This document shows, piece by piece, positions 59,930 through 64,000 of a stretch of 64,000 nt of DNA. A program made the position numbers and the translations under genes. Numbering within the stretch: position 1 is the first letter of the stretch; the number at the start of each line of letters is the position of its first letter. Below the pieces are notes generated by a model that was given only the letters and a program-made list of their open reading frames with translations, did no database searches and was not told the DNA's origin. The DNA is from Candidatus Marinacidobacterium sp. (GTDB lineage: Bacteria > Acidobacteriota > Vicinamibacteria > Marinacidobacterales > Marinacidobacteraceae), in the NCBI GenBank assembly GCA_965262645.1, contig CBDHFO010000017.1, positions 540,024 through 604,023 of the forward strand, written 5' to 3'.

Positions 59930-59999
59930 CACCCGCGAGCAGCGCCCACGGAAGGGGCGGCTGTTCTCCATTCCGCTCACCGGATATAAACCCCGGTCC

Positions 60000-61022
60000 A
60001 TGTACCAGTTTGTGCGTTTCGGAATCCTTCCTCTCCTCCTCGCGGCCGCTTCTCAGGGAGCGGCACAGCCGCTTCCGGAGGTCCACCTCATCGGCACCGG
60101 AGGCACGATTTCCGGGGGCGCGGGAGGACCGCTGAACGCCGGCGACCTCCGCGCAGCGCTGCCCGCCCTTTCTTCGGTGGCTTCGGTCACCACGGAGGAC
60201 TTCGTTCGGATCGGAAGTTCCCGGATGCACCCGGAACTCCAGTTCCAGCTCGCCGAGCGCATCGCCGCGGTCTTCACCGAGCGCCCGGGACTCGCCGGGA
60301 TCGTGGTAACGCATGGCACGGACTCGCTCGAGGAAACGGCCTTCCTCCTGGACCTGGTGCTTCCGTCCGGTCGGCCGGTCGTCTTCGCCGCCGCACAGCG
60401 TCCACCGAGTTACGAGGACTCCGACGGACCCCGCAACCTGCTGAATGCGATCCGCGTCGCCGGCTCCGGCAGAACCCGCGATCTTGGAGTTCTCGTCGTC
60501 CTGAACGGTCAGATCCACGCCGCGCGTGAGGTCAAGAAGACCCATTCGATCGCTCTCCACGCCTTCGTCTCACCGGACACCGGGCCGGTGGGCATGGTCG
60601 ACGACGGAGAGGTCTTGCTCTTCAGCAGCCCCGAGCGCCGCATCCATCTTCCCTCCGCGAGTGTGGAGCCGCGGGTGGAACTCGTCCGTCTGACCGCCGG
60701 CGGTGGCGCCACCGCTATCCGCGGAGCGGTGGAGGCCGGCGCCCCGGGCATCGTCGTCGAGGTTTTCGGGCGAGGCAACGCGCCTCCACCCGTCACCGAA
60801 GCGGTTTCCGCCGCCATCGAAGCGGGCGCGCTCGTGGTTTACACCACCCGCACCGGAGCCGGACGGGTGGTGCTCTCCGCTGCCCAGCGCGATGCCGGAG
60901 TGATCTCAGGGGGAGACCTGGACGGTCTCAAAGCGCGGATCCTGCTGGCTGTCGCGCTCGGAGCGGGCCGGACCGGCGAAGAGATTGCCGCCGCGTTTCG
61001 AACCCTGGCCGGGGCCGGGTAG
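60000..61022 (+). CDS. L-asparaginase (type II-like), periplasmic
   Basis: LIGTGGTISGG (TGGTIAG-like Thr nucleophile motif), VVTHGTDSLEETAFLL. Confidence 0.85.
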   Translation: MYQFVRFGILPLLLAAASQGAAQPLPEVHLIGTGGTISGGAGGPLNAGDLRAALPALSSVASVTTEDFVRIGSSRMHPELQFQLAERIAAVFTERPGLAGIVVTHGTDSLEETAFLLDLVLPSGRPVVFAAAQRPPSYEDSDGPRNLLNAIRVAGSGRTRDLGVLVVLNGQIHAAREVKKTHSIALHAFVSPDTGPVGMVDDGEVLLFSSPERRIHLPSASVEPRVELVRLTAGGGATAIRGAVEAGAPGIVVEVFGRGNAPPPVTEAVSAAIEAGALVVYTTRTGAGRVVLSAAQRDAGVISGGDLDGLKARILLAVALGAGRTGEEIAAAFRTLAGAG

Positions 61023-61099
61023 CCCGTCGAGCGGTCCCCGGGCGGAGCCACCGGTGCCGTCGAGTTGGCACCCGTGGCCTTTGGTTGCGTTCGGCGTCG

Positions 61100-62020
61100 T
61101 CAGCGAAGTACGAGGCGGAGCGGCGGCCCTTCCCCCCGAGAGAGAACGACCGCCTCCACCGGTTCGAGGGTGACCACGATGTATTCCCCGACGCGGTCAC
61201 CGACTGCCACGAGCGTTGTCTCGCCGCGATAGAAGAGCGCCGCCCGGACCGGAGTTCCGGAGCCGACATCGACGAAGCCGTGGAGTTCGGGGGTCTCGGA
61301 AGCAGGCGTCGCGACGGGAACCGCCGTTTCCGGGGGCTTCTCGGATGGCTCGTCCAGAATGGGGGCCGCAGGCGGGGCCGGCTCCACCTCGTCCGGTCGC
61401 TTCGTGGAGGCGGAAGCCGTCCGTTCGAGCGCGGGCACTGACTCCAGCCAGGCGAACAACGTTTCCATTCGCGGATCGTCGGCGAAACGAACCGCATCCA
61501 CCGCAGCGAACGAGACCGCCGGGTCCGGCCAGAGGGCGAAGACCGTAGCCGTGAGCGTTCCGAGGCCGCCACGGACCGCGAGGGTCGCCCGCTCGGTGCG
61601 AAGCGGCCACCCTCTTCCTTCGACCGCGGACAGGAAACGGGACAGTGCGGCGGGATCACCCAGCAGCGTGACCCGGGCCTCGGCGCCGACTGTCCCTTCC
61701 GGCGGACGAACGAGCGGCTGGAGCCGGGATGCCGAGAGTTCCACGCCGTGGTCCCCGGCCACCTGCAGGAAAAACGCGCGAACGGCCGCGGCCCCGGCGG
61801 GAGGGGGGGCGCGCTCGGCGAGCCTCTCCGCCACCCGGAGAAAGTGCTTGCGCCGCTCCCGCTCCCGCTCGGTGGCGGTGTCTTCGAGTGCCGACCGAGC
61901 CTGCTCCTCGAGTGCCGCAGCAAGTTCATCGGCAGCGTGGCGCTGCTCGGCCCAGACGAACCAGGCGAGCAACCCGGACAGCAGAGCCAGCAGGAACCGG
62001 AGCCGAAGGCGTTCCTTCAT
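61100..62020 (-). CDS. Hypothetical bitopic periplasmic protein, possibly a PilO/PilP-like pilus-assembly component
   Basis: 306 aa. N-terminal TM helix, coiled-coil (ELAAALEEQARSALEDTATERERERRKH), C-terminal beta domain resembling PilP (LVAVGDRVGEYIVVTLEPVEAVVL). Confidence 0.4.
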   Translation of the reverse strand: MKERLRLRFLLALLSGLLAWFVWAEQRHAADELAAALEEQARSALEDTATERERERRKHFLRVAERLAERAPPPAGAAAVRAFFLQVAGDHGVELSASRLQPLVRPPEGTVGAEARVTLLGDPAALSRFLSAVEGRGWPLRTERATLAVRGGLGTLTATVFALWPDPAVSFAAVDAVRFADDPRMETLFAWLESVPALERTASASTKRPDEVEPAPPAAPILDEPSEKPPETAVPVATPASETPELHGFVDVGSGTPVRAALFYRGETTLVAVGDRVGEYIVVTLEPVEAVVLSRGEGPPLRLVLR

Positions 62021-62024
62021 ACGG

Positions 62025-62567
62025 CTAGGGACGCCCCACCTCGAGTTGAGCGGTAATCCGTACGAGCACCGCGCCGTCCGTCTGACGCGTCTCGCTGATC
62101 ACTTCCGTGGAGAGCACCGAATCGTGATTCGCCAGTCCCGACAGGAAGCGGGCAACGGCAGCGGCAGAAGTCGCGTCAGCCGCAATGACTGCCTCCACTC
62201 GGCCGGAGCCCGTCGCGGGGCGGACCTCGAGCCCGGCGATCCGGATATCCGAAGGGGCGATCCCCATCACGGTGTCCAGTGCAGCACTGATGTCGGGGGC
62301 ATTGACCACCCCGGCGAGGAGCAGGACCGCCGCCTCCCGGGCGCGCTCGGGTTCGACGAGTGGCGCCGCGGCGCCTCCCGGACCGGATGACGGCAGCCCG
62401 CTCGAAGCTGAGAGCCCGGGCGCCGCCAGTTCCGCTCGCACTCCCCAGAGCGATGCGGCGCCCCACAAGACACTCACGAACATCCCGGCGACCAGCACGT
62501 CCAGCCCCCGGAGAACACCAGGGTGGACGCCCTTCCCGAGCTGAACGCCAAGGGGTATTCGAGCCAT
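62025..62567 (-). CDS. PilN-like bitopic membrane protein
   Basis: Internal ATG MARIPLGVQLGKG, TM helix VLVAGMFVSVLWGAASLWGV, periplasmic domain. The ORF's N-terminal 40 codons lie inside a MITE. Confidence 0.4.
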   Translation of the reverse strand: MARIPLGVQLGKGVHPGVLRGLDVLVAGMFVSVLWGAASLWGVRAELAAPGLSASSGLPSSGPGGAAAPLVEPERAREAAVLLLAGVVNAPDISAALDTVMGIAPSDIRIAGLEVRPATGSGRVEAVIAADATSAAAVARFLSGLANHDSVLSTEVISETRQTDGAVLVRITAQLEVGRP

Positions 62568-62568
62568 C

Positions 62569-62786
62569 GTTAAGCGCCTGTGGTGAAGCCCGCGTGAGCG
62601 CCGAGAGCGGGGAGGCCCAATTCTCCCGGTGGGAGGCGGTTCAGGCGGGATGGATCGCCGCTCGTTTCCGGAGCGGGGCGCAAGCACCGCGTAGACCCCG
62701 GAGCGGAAAGGACGGGGGGCGGGTTCACCCGACCCCCATCCCTTCTGGCTCGGGAACGCCGCGTGGGTTTTGCCACAGGCTGTTAA
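62569..62786. mobile_element. MITE (GTTAAGCGCCTGTGG...CCACAGGCTGTTAA) between the pilM-like and pilN-like genes
   Basis: TIR seen directly. The right-end TTAA gives the TAA stop of the upstream pilM-like ORF. Internal TCTCCCGGTGGG motif. Confidence 0.7.
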
Positions 62787-63718
62787 CTATCCGTAGTCGC
62801 GACGGGAGTCGATCGGAGCGGCGCCGGCCTTTCGCCGACCCGTCGCAGGAGCGCGGCAAGCGCTCCCTCGGTCACTGGAGACACTGCGGAAGATTCGGGG
62901 CCCTCGCCGGTGTCGCGGACCTCGGCGAGCGTATGACCAGCCGAACGCAGGACGTCCGCGACCACCGTCGCGCCATCCCCCCAGACCACGACGGGATGCC
63001 TCCCGCTTTGGGTCGCACGACGAACCGCGAGCGCCGGCGGTTCCGGATCCAGCGCAGCGCGGAGTTTCATTCGGAAACCCGTAAGGCGCCGGCCCGAAGC
63101 GGCGGCGAAAACAAAGTGGCGGCGGTGCAGCAGTAGCAGCAGCCGCCGGCCCGCATCGCTCGAGAAGCGCGCCAGCCACTCCGGAAGTACCGCGAGGCTG
63201 GTGGCGTCCACCCACCGGACCCGGAGACCGGCCGCCTCGACGGCCGCCTCATACTGCTGGACAACCGGGGATCCCGTCACCGCCCCCAGCACGGAGCGGC
63301 GTCCGAGGGAACCCGAAGTCAGCGTTCCGAAACGGAACCGCCCGTCGAGTCTGTGGAGTTCGGGACCTGAACTTGCGGTCAAACCACGGACCAATTCGCC
63401 GCGCAGCTTGCGTACGGCTCGCGATCCGGCGACCTCAGACAGTGCGGCATGGGCAGCGCGATCGGGTAACGCGATCACGACGTCAGCGAATCTGCTGCCC
63501 GGTGAAGCAAGAGTGCCGAGAGCGGACCGCACCGCCCGGGCCGCCTCCACCGACGAGCCCAGGTTCGGCTCGGTTGGCGAGGGAGTCAGTAAGTCCGCGG
63601 GTAGGCGCCAGGTGACCCAGCGACCATCACTGGTTCGAACGAGAACGTGATCTCGCCGAAATGCCATCGCCACGGCCTGACGTCGAGGACCGAGGCGAGG
63701 AAAGGAGAGCGGGGACAA
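62783..63718 (-). CDS. PilM-like (actin-fold) pilus-assembly protein, divergent
   Basis: 311 aa. N-terminal VVIALPDRAAHAALSEV and central QQYEAAVEAAGLRVRWVDATSLAVL resemble PilM. Nucleotide-binding motifs are not recognisable. The real start may be the M18 at 63667. Confidence 0.4.
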   Translation of the reverse strand: MSPLSFPRLGPRRQAVAMAFRRDHVLVRTSDGRWVTWRLPADLLTPSPTEPNLGSSVEAARAVRSALGTLASPGSRFADVVIALPDRAAHAALSEVAGSRAVRKLRGELVRGLTASSGPELHRLDGRFRFGTLTSGSLGRRSVLGAVTGSPVVQQYEAAVEAAGLRVRWVDATSLAVLPEWLARFSSDAGRRLLLLLHRRHFVFAAASGRRLTGFRMKLRAALDPEPPALAVRRATQSGRHPVVVWGDGATVVADVLRSAGHTLAEVRDTGEGPESSAVSPVTEGALAALLRRVGERPAPLRSTPVATTDS

Positions 63719-63734
63719 GACTCGGCCCGTTGGG

Positions 63735-63900
63735 ACGGATTTAGCCTAGCAGCCAGTGGACAAAGCGACGTGAGCGCCGAGACCGGCCAGGGCCGCGCGA
63801 CTTTGTCTACCGGCGGCTGGCGCCAGCGACGGTGCAGGCCGCAGAGGGCGCGCGATACGGCATCTCGTCGACGCGGCAACAACGGGATGGACGGTCTCGA
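63735..63900. mobile_element. MITE copy (left end CTAGCAGCCAGTGGacaaagcgacgtgagcgccgagaccgg) near the window end
   Basis: Left TIR and internal sequence match the 19516 and 49700 copies. The right end is not clearly identifiable in the window. Confidence 0.5.
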
Positions 63901-64000
63901 CGCACGTCCCACCGACTGTCGAAACCCGTTGGTTTTCAACGCCCCACAGTAGAAGAGATCGCCAATTCCGGACTTGGTATCCGGTGGTAGGATGAGTGAT

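Overview
This is a 64 kb, very GC-rich (about 68-70%) bacterial chromosomal segment. It carries almost no ATG-poor or AT-rich DNA apart from a few short islands. The gene content (DUF5916/CBM9 protein, roughly 900-aa PIG-L deacetylase, M28 and S58 peptidases, DUF4097) suggests a Gemmatimonadota-like or similar soil bacterium, but that is only a guess.

Most of the window is housekeeping or metabolic: uvrA, uvrC, a trpS-scpA-scpB-rluB/cmk operon, katG, glcDEF, an alpha-carbonic anhydrase, asparaginase, an aldehyde dehydrogenase, tenA, dtd, and transporters (ClC, SSS, DASS).

Three things look unusual:
1. A toxin-antitoxin-rich accessory island between qor and the carbonic anhydrase gene. It holds two tandem hipBA modules and a reversed-order hicBA, each with palindromic or direct-repeat operators. 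It ends in an array of 8 tandem ~32-bp units (GAACATGTCGCA plus a CCGG-centred hairpin) that is not a CRISPR array and looks like an iteron, centromere or operator array. A separate vapBC pair lies at the window start.
2. An extraordinary density of short dispersed repeats, with 15 or more copies of at least 3-4 families. The most conspicuous is a ~190-bp MITE with 14-bp terminal inverted repeats (TTAA)CAGCCTGTGG...CCACAGGCTG(TTAA) and YTAR-type termini. It repeatedly supplies the stop codons of neighbouring genes (scpA, SDR, ALDH, pilM-like) and abuts start codons (trpS, scpB, a small protein, pilN-like).
3. A tandem pair of paralogous secreted OB-fold-like small proteins that each end in a run of 6-7 arginines.

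Further oddities:
- rluB is fused to cmk.
- There is an apparent +1 frameshift at the 5' end of the DASS transporter gene, and a 47-bp duplication of its 3' end flanks a repeat element.
- A ~600-bp low-GC scar sits between a C-terminally aberrant amidohydrolase and a PNPOx gene.
- A pair of AT-rich palindromic motifs lies upstream of the DASS gene.
- An unannotated 45-codon membrane ORF sits upstream of the SSS transporter.

No rRNA, tRNA or CRISPR was found. Coordinates of internal starts were computed from the ORF-track ends and may be off by a few bases.
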